A stretch of DNA of 32,000 nucleotides, taken from the NCBI RefSeq assembly GCF_020969955.1, contig NZ_JAHDSX010000011.1:32398-64397 (forward strand), in the 5' to 3' direction. Below are positions 17,207 through 24,690 of the stretch, in pieces. Under the pieces are notes generated by a model, which was given only the letters and a program-made list of their open reading frames with translations, searched no databases and was not told the DNA's origin. The DNA is from Allobaculum fili. Lineage in GTDB: Bacteria > Bacillota_I > Bacilli_A > Erysipelotrichales > Erysipelotrichaceae. Positions within the stretch are counted from its first letter, which is position 1. Each line of letters starts with the position of its first letter. The translations under genes and the position numbers were made by a program.

Positions 17207-17241
17207 CAAAAACAAAAAGGCAGACTGCCTTACAGTCTGCC
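17207..17241 (-). terminator. Strong rho-independent terminator (minus strand)
   Basis: 9-bp stem ggcagactg / cagtctgcc with a 5-nt loop. On the minus strand it is followed directly by TTTTTGTTTTTG. Confidence 0.8.
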
Positions 17242-17589
17242 GGTCTGTCCTTGTTTTTCGAATGAAATTTCCTGAAAAGCGAAACTTTTGTTCAGATTTC
17301 GTTCATATTTTCAAGAACGAAAATCCGTCTTCTCTTCCCTGAGAGGACCCAGATCCGAAGGCCTGTGATGCGCTCTTTACAGCGGGGAAACGATTTTGGA
17401 TCCGTCGATCGAAAGGAGCGGGCGGGCAGGACATGCACTCTGACTCCTGGCTTAGGGCTTAAGTTTTTCAGTTTTTCTCTGCGATCTTCTGCCCGTTTCT
17501 GCGAGAAACTGATGCATGCTTCAGGCCTGCCCCGTTCCGGTTCTCCCCGCGGACCAACCCAGACATGTTTAAGTGCATGCCGGACCATA
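17242..17589 (-). ncRNA. Candidate unclassified structured RNA, or a long structured 3' region (ORF-free interval between two terminators)
   Basis: There is no plausible ORF; the only one is Arg-rich and low-complexity. Three nested long-range complementarities and two local hairpins are present (see findings). Minus-strand terminators bound it on both sides. I found no promoter and recognise no RNA class. Confidence 0.25.
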
Positions 17590-17623
17590 CAAAAAGGAGA
17601 GGCCCGGTTAAGGACATCTCCTG
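17590..17623 (-). terminator. Rho-independent terminator after divIC (hairpin also has T-runs on the plus strand)
   Basis: The minus strand reads aggagatgtcc-ttaacc-gggcctctcct (11 positions, one mismatch, one G-U), followed by TTTTTG, 45 nt after the divIC stop. Confidence 0.65.
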
Positions 17624-17667
17624 TCATTTTTCTATATGCATTTAAAAACCGAGCCGGATTTTTCCGA

Positions 17668-18093
17668 TCAGTTTCCCTCCGAATTCGAACCGGCGTCCGC
17701 AAGCCCTTCGGTTACTTTGGGCTTTACGGTTTTGTTCGAAGACTGCGAACTGGACGAATCACTCTGGTCTTCTTCCTCTTCGCCAAGCTGCGGGAAAACG
17801 AACACCTGTTCGCCGTTTTTGGAAACATGATATTTGCCCCGGGCAATCATTTCGAGGTAGTCCGGGTTCGTCAGATTTTTGCGGGTGGTTTCGAGTTCGC
17901 TCTGCTGGCTGGTGAGCTCATCAAGCAGTTTCTCATTGGCATGAACCTCCTGATTGATATGCAGCCAGGTTCCGATATCATTGGCCATCAGGACGGAACA
18001 GAAGACGCTGAAAGCGATCAGACCGATATATATAAATCCGCGCCAGCGTGCTGCGAATCTTCTCTTTTTGCTTTTTCGACGCGAATCTGCCAT
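17668..18093 (-). CDS. divIC: Septum formation initiator family protein (FtsB/DivIC)
   Basis: 141 aa. It has a basic N-terminus, a single TM helix (FIYIGLIAFSVFCSVLM), a coiled-coil segment and the family block NLTNPDYLEMIARGKYHVSKNGEQVF. The RBS is GGAGG. Confidence 0.8.
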   Translation of the reverse strand: MADSRRKSKKRRFAARWRGFIYIGLIAFSVFCSVLMANDIGTWLHINQEVHANEKLLDELTSQQSELETTRKNLTNPDYLEMIARGKYHVSKNGEQVFVFPQLGEEEEDQSDSSSSQSSNKTVKPKVTEGLADAGSNSEGN

Positions 18094-18340
18094 GTTCGGA
18101 CACCTCCTTCCCGCGGTCTTAGTCTATCAGATCAAATGTTTAATCTAAAGCAAACTCGAGACTTTTCTCTATCTGTGACAAAGAAGAAAGAACAAAGGCT
18201 TTAAAAGCCGAAATTATCTTTCATTTCGATGAATGTTTATAACTCTCATTCAATTTTAGACCGTGTGTACTTACACGGATTCATTGTGCCCGTACACGTG
18301 CGTTATTTTTTAAAAACGTCAGATTCGAACGGTTTTCATG

Positions 18341-18369
18341 TACAAAGAAAGCGGTCCATGCAGACCGCT
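18341..18369 (-). terminator. Rho-independent terminator after mnmG
   Basis: The minus strand reads agcggtc-tgcatg-gaccgct followed by TTCTTTGT. Confidence 0.6.
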
Positions 18370-18378
18370 GTACTGTTT

Positions 18379-20256
18379 TTATTCTGTCGGTTCCGACTCG
18401 GCCTTGCGGCTTTTGAGGAAAGCCGAGAGAACCGCGATATCCGACGGGTTGATACCGGAAATGCGGCTGGCCTGTCCAAGGGTTCTTGGGCGGATCTGGC
18501 TCAGCTTGCTTCGCGCTTCGAGCGCGAGATTTTCGAGCTGATCGTAATCGATCGTTTCGGGGATGCGGACGTCTTCAAGTTTCTGCAGGCGTTCGGTATC
18601 CCGTCTGGCCTTGGCTATGTAGCCCGCGTAGCGCGTTTCGATTTCAATGCGCTTGGCAATTTTGGGCGATACCGAATAGCCAAGCCACGGTTCCAGCATA
18701 TGTACGGTAACGTTTGGACGCTTGAGCAGATCGAGCGCACTGCAGCCCTGTTCAAGAGAACCGGCATCAGCCGCTTCCAGAACGGCGTTGATTTTTTCAT
18801 CCGGCTTAATGCGGGTTGCGGCCAGATCTTCGAGAACCTTTTTCTCTTCGTCCTGACTCTTGAGGAACGCTTCGTAGCGTTCGTCGCTGAGGGCGCCGCA
18901 GGCATGGGCGATTTCACACAGACGCCGCGGAGCGTTGTCATGGCGCAGCAGCAGACGGTATTCCGCACGCGAGGTGAGCAGACGGTACGGCTCCTTCGTG
19001 CCTTTGGTCGTCAGGTCGTCAATCATGACGCCGATGTACGCCTGATCCCGGCCGAGCACGATTGGTTCCTTCCCCTGGTTTTTGAGGGCGGCGTTAATGC
19101 CGGCCATCAGACCCTGACCGGCCGCTTCTTCGTAGCCGGACGTTCCGTTGACCTGGCCGGCGGTAAACAGATTTTCAATTTTCTTGTTTTCCAGCGAAGG
19201 CTTCATCTGTAGCGGATCGACGGCATCGTATTCAATCGCGTAGGCGTATTTGAGGATTTCGACGTCTTTCATGCCAGGCAGCGAGCGAACCATCTGTCCC
19301 TGCACGTCTTCGGGCATGGATGTGGAAAATCCCTGGATGTAAAACGTATCATACGCAGCGCGCTCCGGTTCGAGAAAGAGCTGATGGCGGGGACGGTCCG
19401 CAAAGCGTACGAGCTTGTCTTCAATGCTCGGGCAGTAGCGGGGACCTGTACCGGTGACCAGACCGGAATACATGGCAGAATCCTGCAGATGGTCCCGAAT
19501 GATTTCGTGCGTTTCTGGCGTGGTGTAAATCAGGTAGCAGGGCAGCTGCTGATCAAAGGGCAGCACTTCATCTGGCGTAGTCGTATCGGAGAACGTGATG
19601 AATTCATCCGTTCCCTGCTGAATGGCCGCCTGCGAGAGATCCACGCTCGAATAGACAACGCGCGGAGGGGTTCCGGTTTTCAGACGGATCAGATCGAGAC
19701 CGGCGTCGGCCAGAGACTGCGAAAGCGTCGAGTTGGTCGGCATGCCATCCGCGCCGCTGACGGTCGCGGTATGGCCGCGCAAAATGGTCGAGCGCATGCC
19801 GGTACCGGCGGTCAGAATGACGGTACGCGAAAGAATCTGCGTGTCGTCTTCGCATTCGATGCCGATGACGCGATGGCCTTCGAGCAAAATGCGCGCCGCG
19901 CGCTGTTCGAGAATTTCCAGGTTATCCTGGGCTATCAGCGCTTCGCGCATCCAGCGGCGGTATTCGTCGCGGTCGGACTGTACGCGCAGGCACTGCACGC
20001 CCGGTCCTTTTTTCGTGTTCAGCATTTTAAACTGCAGAGCCGTCTGGTCGGCTGCTCTTGGCATCAGACCGCCAAAGGCGTCGATTTCGCGAACGACGAT
20101 GCCCTTGGCCGGACCGCCGACCGAGGGATTGCAGGGCATCGAGCCGATCATGGAAATATCGTTTGTGACCAGGATGGTTTTCTGTCCCATGCGGGCTGCC
20201 GCCGCCGCGGCTTCAATGCCGGCATGACCGCCGCCGACCACTAAAACGTCATACAT
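18379..20256 (-). CDS. mnmG: tRNA uridine-5-carboxymethylaminomethyl(34) synthesis enzyme
   Basis: 625 aa with the FAD motif YDVLVVGGGHAGIEAA and GidA family blocks (..GPRYCPSIEDK.., ..FLEPE.., ..AGQ.NGT.GYEEAA.QG..AG.NA). Confidence 0.93.
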   Translation of the reverse strand: MYDVLVVGGGHAGIEAAAAAARMGQKTILVTNDISMIGSMPCNPSVGGPAKGIVVREIDAFGGLMPRAADQTALQFKMLNTKKGPGVQCLRVQSDRDEYRRWMREALIAQDNLEILEQRAARILLEGHRVIGIECEDDTQILSRTVILTAGTGMRSTILRGHTATVSGADGMPTNSTLSQSLADAGLDLIRLKTGTPPRVVYSSVDLSQAAIQQGTDEFITFSDTTTPDEVLPFDQQLPCYLIYTTPETHEIIRDHLQDSAMYSGLVTGTGPRYCPSIEDKLVRFADRPRHQLFLEPERAAYDTFYIQGFSTSMPEDVQGQMVRSLPGMKDVEILKYAYAIEYDAVDPLQMKPSLENKKIENLFTAGQVNGTSGYEEAAGQGLMAGINAALKNQGKEPIVLGRDQAYIGVMIDDLTTKGTKEPYRLLTSRAEYRLLLRHDNAPRRLCEIAHACGALSDERYEAFLKSQDEEKKVLEDLAATRIKPDEKINAVLEAADAGSLEQGCSALDLLKRPNVTVHMLEPWLGYSVSPKIAKRIEIETRYAGYIAKARRDTERLQKLEDVRIPETIDYDQLENLALEARSKLSQIRPRTLGQASRISGINPSDIAVLSAFLKSRKAESEPTE

Positions 20257-20258
20257 GA

Positions 20259-21899
20259 TTACACCCTCCTTGCCGGCCGTTTAAACCGGATATGAAAGAG
20301 ATGCTGGGGAATGCGGAAATACAGAGACATACCGAAGAAGACGATGCAGGCGACAATGCCGCTGACACACATCGTCAGAAAGCACATCAGTTTCGAGCCG
20401 GTCGTTGCACCGCAGCCCATCAGGCTGAGAAGCCAGATCACCAGACTCGTCGCAAGCAGACAGATGGACGTCTGCACGAGCAGCTTCAGGGTGGAGCGGA
20501 AGCGAACGCCGTACGCCTTTGTCATCTGATTGAGCGAATAGAAAATAATGTAGGAAAAGCAGATCACGGACGAAATCACCGCGCCCGCGATTCCCATCAG
20601 CATGACCATCGGTACCATGATAATGCCTTTGATCACTGCGGAAATAAGCATCTGCTTCAGCAGTTTCCTGCGCATGCGGCAGGCCATCATCATCGAGGAA
20701 ATGACCGGCGTGATCGTGCCGAAAAAGCCTTCGATCGCAATCCAGCGCACGCTTTGCGTCGCTAAAGGCAAGTCGCTTGTGAAATAGAGCGAGTAGAAGA
20801 GCGGGCCGGCGTAGGCGAAAATGCAGAAGCTGAGAAAGAGCGCGATATACAGAACGATATTGATGCAGTCGAGGATATCCTTGCGCACCGTCCTGTAGTC
20901 CTTCATTTCCAGAGCGGACGTGATGTGCGGAATGATCGCCGCCACGAAGCCTGGAGAAAGAATCATCGGAATCGCAGTCAGCTTGATGCCGACGTAGTTG
21001 GCCGCCGACGTCATCGTCTGAATCTGGGCAGCCGTATAGCTCGACATGCGCAGGCCCGTCGGAAGCAGAACTGCGTCGTAAATGTCGTTGGCGTAACCGA
21101 TGACCGCAAAGAGCAGATACGGAATGCAGATCAGAATGAATTCCTTAAAGAGCGGGCGAAGGGGTACGGCTCTCGTATTTTCGGTTTTCGCCGAACGGCG
21201 AAGCTGGCCCTGAAGCCCTTTGGAAAAGTGCATGATCTGAATCAGACCCGCAACGGCCGCTACGGACGTCGATAAAACAGCCGCGTACAGCGCATATACG
21301 GTAGAAAAATGGAAGACGTAAACGAGCAGACAGCCGACACCAAGCAGGAAGCCGACGCGGAAGATCTGTTCAAACGCCTGGGAAAAGGCGTATTCCTCCA
21401 TCTCCTTGCATCCCTGCACAAAGCCGCGATAGGCGCTGAGCAGCGGAACAAAAAATATGGCGATGGACAATATGGCCAGAACCTGAGTCATCACCTGGGC
21501 GCCGTCCTGCGTACCGTCGGCCATCAGCGGACCGAGCACGCTTGAGAGCGCAAACATGATGACCATGCCTAAAAAGCCAAGCAGAGCCATGAACAGAACG
21601 GACATGCGCTGAACCGCCAGAACGGTGCGGCTGTTCTTGCGCGTAATATATTTGGCGACCATAGTGGCAATCGCCATCGGTGCTCCTGCGGTAAAGACGT
21701 TGAGCAGGTAGCTGTAGATTCGGTAAGCCGAACCGTAGTACGACATTAAGGCGTCGCTGCCGAGGATAGTCGAAAAAGGAACGGAATAGAGCAGGCCAAT
21801 CGCTTTCGCAATAAAAAAGCCGCCGGTGCCGATCAGGCCGCCAGCGATGATCGATTTTTTCGCCACGGAAGCGGTTGAATGTTTATTCTCTTTGGACAT
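20259..21899 (-). CDS. MOP-superfamily flippase (polysaccharide biosynthesis protein, MurJ/YtgP/SpoVB-like)
   Basis: 546-aa protein with about 14 TM helices and a typical N-terminus (..GGLIGTGGFFIAKAIGLLYSVPFSTILG..YYGSAYRIY). The RBS is AGGAG. Its stop lies 2 nt before the mnmG ATG, whose RBS (AGGAGG) lies inside the end of this gene. Confidence 0.7.
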   Translation of the reverse strand: MSKENKHSTASVAKKSIIAGGLIGTGGFFIAKAIGLLYSVPFSTILGSDALMSYYGSAYRIYSYLLNVFTAGAPMAIATMVAKYITRKNSRTVLAVQRMSVLFMALLGFLGMVIMFALSSVLGPLMADGTQDGAQVMTQVLAILSIAIFFVPLLSAYRGFVQGCKEMEEYAFSQAFEQIFRVGFLLGVGCLLVYVFHFSTVYALYAAVLSTSVAAVAGLIQIMHFSKGLQGQLRRSAKTENTRAVPLRPLFKEFILICIPYLLFAVIGYANDIYDAVLLPTGLRMSSYTAAQIQTMTSAANYVGIKLTAIPMILSPGFVAAIIPHITSALEMKDYRTVRKDILDCINIVLYIALFLSFCIFAYAGPLFYSLYFTSDLPLATQSVRWIAIEGFFGTITPVISSMMMACRMRRKLLKQMLISAVIKGIIMVPMVMLMGIAGAVISSVICFSYIIFYSLNQMTKAYGVRFRSTLKLLVQTSICLLATSLVIWLLSLMGCGATTGSKLMCFLTMCVSGIVACIVFFGMSLYFRIPQHLFHIRFKRPARRV

Positions 21900-21970
21900 A
21901 GGATGTGTCTCCTTTCAGCTTGCCATTATAACATAGAGATACCGGTAGAATTTATGGAAGCTAAAGGAGG

Positions 21971-23761
21971 ATGAGCCCTTTGATTACCCAGTATGTCGCC
22001 ACGGCCAGGCAGGCCCGCGAGGCCGATCATCAGGCGATCGACGGCCTGAAAATTCCATCCCTCATTTTGATGGAAAACGCCGCCCAGAGCGTCTGTCGAT
22101 CCATACAGAAGCACGATTTTTCCAAGGACGCAAAACGCATTCTGATTGTATGCGGTCCGGGAAACAACGGCGCCGACGGTCTGGCCTGCGCCCGGATTCT
22201 GCTGCTTCAAAATCGCGCGGTTCGCGTCTTCGTTAACCTCGATACACTCTCGGGCGATGGAAAAATCCAGCTGCAGGCACTCGCCGAGCTGGCCATAAGC
22301 AACGCCTGCAGTCTGACGTGTCTCTTTGTAAACAAGGCGCTCGAAAGAAAAGGCCAGCTCTGGCGCTTTGACGCCGGAGCAAAGACGGACGCAGAAAAAC
22401 CAGACGACGCAGACAATTCAGACAAGGAAACTCTGGAGAATCTGAAGACTCTGGACAGGAATTCAGGCGAAAATTCAGAGGGTGCCTTTGCGGCTTATGG
22501 ACTCGATCGTCTTCCCTCTCAGATCGTCCCGCTTCTCAACACGTTAAAAGAGGAAGCAGAGCATGCGGATCTTCTGGTCGATGCCCTGTTTGGAAACGGA
22601 CTCAACCGGACGCTGCAGGCACCGTTTTGCGACTACGTGAATCTGCTGAACAAAGCGAAAACGCCGATCGTTTCCATCGATGTCCCCTCGGGCATCGACG
22701 GCACGACAGGCAAAGTTCTCGGCAGTGCCATTCGGGCGGATTTAACCGTTGCGCTGGACTGCCTCAAGTGGGGTCTGCTTTTAAACAACGGACCGGCCCA
22801 TGCCGGATCGATCGAAATCGCCGACATCGGCATTCCCGCCTTTCTGCACGAAAAAGCCGCCGAGCCAAAGCTGTTCACCCGCAAGGACGCGCTTGAATAT
22901 CTCCCCCGTCGTTCCAATTTTTCCCACAAGGGTACGTTTGGCAAGCTGCTGCTCTGCGGCGGCAGTGCGCGCATGCAGGGGGCGATTTGCATGAGCGCCA
23001 AAGCCGCGTTTTCAAGCGGATGCGGTACGCTCACCCTGTTTACCCCCAAAGACGCCGCGAAAGCCATTGCCGCCAAAATGGATCTGGCCATGATTTTACG
23101 GGCCGATCAGGATGCGGAAGGCTGGTTTGCGCCCGGCTCCGCCAAGCTGCTTTCAACGGCAATCGATCGCTGCGATGTGATCGGCGCCGGCAATGGCATG
23201 GGCACCGGTCTGGGTGCGCAGGAAGTCGTCCAGGAAGTTCTCAAAGCCGACAGGCCGTGTGTTCTCGACGCGGACGCGATCAATATCCTTTCTCTGGATA
23301 ACCACATTCAATGGCTGGACGCGCATGACGAACCGATTATTCTCACGCCCCATCTGATGGAATTTGCGCGTCTCGTTCACGCCCCGCTTGAACAGGTAGA
23401 AAGCGATCCGCTGACGCTCGCGCAGGACTTCTGCGCGAAGCATCCGCAAGTGACGCTCGTGCTCAAATCGGATTTCACGCTCGTCTGCTCCCAGAATTCG
23501 CACTTTGTGATTCATCGTCCCGACTCCGCACTGGCCAAGGGCGGAAGCGGCGATGCGCTCTGCGGCATCATCAGCGGTCTGCTTTCCGCCGGACTCAAGC
23601 CCGACCAGGCAGCCGTTCTTGGGGCCTGGATTCATAACGAAAGCGCCAGAGCCGCCAGATCGCCCTGGAGCTTCTCTCCGGAAAAGCTGATCGACGCGCT
23701 GGAAGATACGTTTCACTCACTCGAGTGCGAACAGCACGAAGCCGATCGATCCGTCCTTTAA
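21971..23761 (+). CDS. nnr: Bifunctional NAD(P)H-hydrate repair enzyme (epimerase + ADP-dependent dehydratase)
   Basis: YjeF_N block GPGNNGADGL..DALFGNGL, and carbohydrate-kinase block HKGTFGKLLLCGGS..GSGDALCGII. The ATG at 21971 abuts the GGAGG, so the TTG at 21980 (9-nt spacing) is an alternative start. Confidence 0.85.
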   Translation: MSPLITQYVATARQAREADHQAIDGLKIPSLILMENAAQSVCRSIQKHDFSKDAKRILIVCGPGNNGADGLACARILLLQNRAVRVFVNLDTLSGDGKIQLQALAELAISNACSLTCLFVNKALERKGQLWRFDAGAKTDAEKPDDADNSDKETLENLKTLDRNSGENSEGAFAAYGLDRLPSQIVPLLNTLKEEAEHADLLVDALFGNGLNRTLQAPFCDYVNLLNKAKTPIVSIDVPSGIDGTTGKVLGSAIRADLTVALDCLKWGLLLNNGPAHAGSIEIADIGIPAFLHEKAAEPKLFTRKDALEYLPRRSNFSHKGTFGKLLLCGGSARMQGAICMSAKAAFSSGCGTLTLFTPKDAAKAIAAKMDLAMILRADQDAEGWFAPGSAKLLSTAIDRCDVIGAGNGMGTGLGAQEVVQEVLKADRPCVLDADAINILSLDNHIQWLDAHDEPIILTPHLMEFARLVHAPLEQVESDPLTLAQDFCAKHPQVTLVLKSDFTLVCSQNSHFVIHRPDSALAKGGSGDALCGIISGLLSAGLKPDQAAVLGAWIHNESARAARSPWSFSPEKLIDALEDTFHSLECEQHEADRSVL

Positions 23762-23793
23762 CAAAGACGGTTTCTCAGGCCTATCTAAAAATC

Positions 23794-23840
23794 AAAAACT
23801 GGATGGTTCTGCAGCGTATGCAGAGGCCATCCAGTTTTTT
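23794..23840. terminator. Bidirectional rho-independent terminator between convergent nnr and the small-ORF pair
   Basis: aaaaactggatgg (23794-23806) / ccatccagtttttt (23827-23840), with an inner ctgca/tgcag helix. T-runs follow on both strands. Confidence 0.85.
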
Positions 23841-23858
23841 GGTTAAAGAGATATTGCT

Positions 23859-24203
23859 TTATTTGTGAAGCGGGCGAAGCTCCAGTTCGAGATAGTAAAG
23901 AAGCGGATCGAACATTTTCGTATTGAAGGCGTACGCCCAGTAATTTTCGGTACCGTTTCGCTCTTCTTCGCTGTCCCAGTCGTTATCCCAGCGCGCAAGA
24001 ATGCGCTCTTTCTGTTCTGATGTGACTTCGGCACTGCCCATGAACTCCAGACAGTTTTCAAGCGACGTTTCTTCACGAAACGGCGAGCAGCTAAGCTGCG
24101 GAACGTCTTCCCTGAGACAAGCGATGACACTCTGCGCCAGCTCTTCATCGCGTGTGGAGACGACGGCGCGCAGCGTGAGATTAAAGCGCGGTGTCGAGGA
24201 CAT
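23859..24203 (-). CDS. Hypothetical acidic protein (about 114 aa)
   Basis: The ORF has balanced, protein-like composition (..EQKERILARWDNDWDSEEERNGTENYWAYAFNTKMFDPLLYYLELE..). It starts at ATG 24203, or at TTG 24221. It overlaps the end of the upstream ORF by 23 nt, and no SD is visible. I recognise no family. Confidence 0.45.
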   Translation of the reverse strand: MSSTPRFNLTLRAVVSTRDEELAQSVIACLREDVPQLSCSPFREETSLENCLEFMGSAEVTSEQKERILARWDNDWDSEEERNGTENYWAYAFNTKMFDPLLYYLELELRPLHK

Positions 24204-24465
24204 AGGCGGCCAGCTTTTCAATATTGGTGTCGTTGACTTTGGAGAAAATCTTGCCCATGGAGAAGTTCAGAACCGCTACCGGAATTTCATCATTTTCTCT
24301 GGCGATGGTAAACGTACCGATCGCGTCTCCATAAAAGACGTCGAAGACGTAGACGGTTCTTTCGCCGTCTTTTTCTTCAGAGCGAAGCTCCGCCTTGAAA
24401 TCTTCCTTATTTTTCAGAATATTGCGAACCGCATTGGCTGCGGTCAGAGATACTTTCTTAGCCAT
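24181..24465 (-). CDS. Hypothetical small protein (about 94 aa)
   Basis: Protein-like ORF (MAKKVSLTAANAVRNILKNKEDFKAEL..TVYVFDVFYGDAIGTFTIARENDEIPVAVLNF..). ATG 24465 is preceded by a purine-rich AGAAAGAGAGAAAG. ATG 24504 is an alternative with no SD. I recognise no family. Confidence 0.45.
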   Translation of the reverse strand: MAKKVSLTAANAVRNILKNKEDFKAELRSEEKDGERTVYVFDVFYGDAIGTFTIARENDEIPVAVLNFSMGKIFSKVNDTNIEKLAAYVLDTAL

Positions 24466-24591
24466 TTTCTTTCTCTCTTTCTTTTTCTCGTGGACGAAAC
24501 GCATCAGCCGATCATACAGGTGCTCAAATTCGCTGAAAACGTCCAGATTCTGTTTTCATTTTAACTAAGCCTTTTACCCGATTCAACCAGA

Positions 24592-24632
24592 GGCCAAAGA
24601 CAAAGCCGGTCCGGCGCAGGGACGGATCGGCT
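24592..24632 (-). terminator. Rho-independent terminator after the UPF0371 gene
   Basis: The minus-strand hairpin is agccg(atc)cgtcc-ctgcgcc-ggaccggct followed by TTTGTCTTTGG. Confidence 0.6.
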
Positions 24633-24690
24633 TGAGTGTGTGTAAAATCGGAGAACCGATCGAAATCGATTCAGAAATATCGGGATGGTT

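Noticed and set aside
17242-17589. Tried to assign the ORF-free interval to tmRNA, RNase P RNA, SRP/4.5S RNA, 6S RNA or a cobalamin riboswitch.
   Set aside because: The diagnostic strings are absent on both strands: GGGG..GGATTCGAC and ..CTCCACCA; GAGGAAAGTCC and ACAGAA.CCGGCTTA; GGTCCGGAAGGAAGCAGC; the GCCACTG B12 box. The partial resemblances (CCCCGCTGTAAAG, AGCCAGGAGTC) are in the wrong order for a cobalamin element.
16650-17702. ORFs 16650..16979, 16702..17013 and 17292..17702 (minus strand), and 16958..17342 (plus strand), within the low-coding interval.
   Set aside because: The translations are Arg/Lys/Gly/Pro-rich or Phe/Leu/Cys-rich and lack an SD. Some run through terminator hairpins. 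They are not credible proteins.
21900-21970. Searched the 70-bp divergent spacer between the flippase gene and nnr for paired promoters.
   Set aside because: TTGCCA and TAGAAT are 20 nt apart, and no other hexamer pair has acceptable spacing. I could not support a call.
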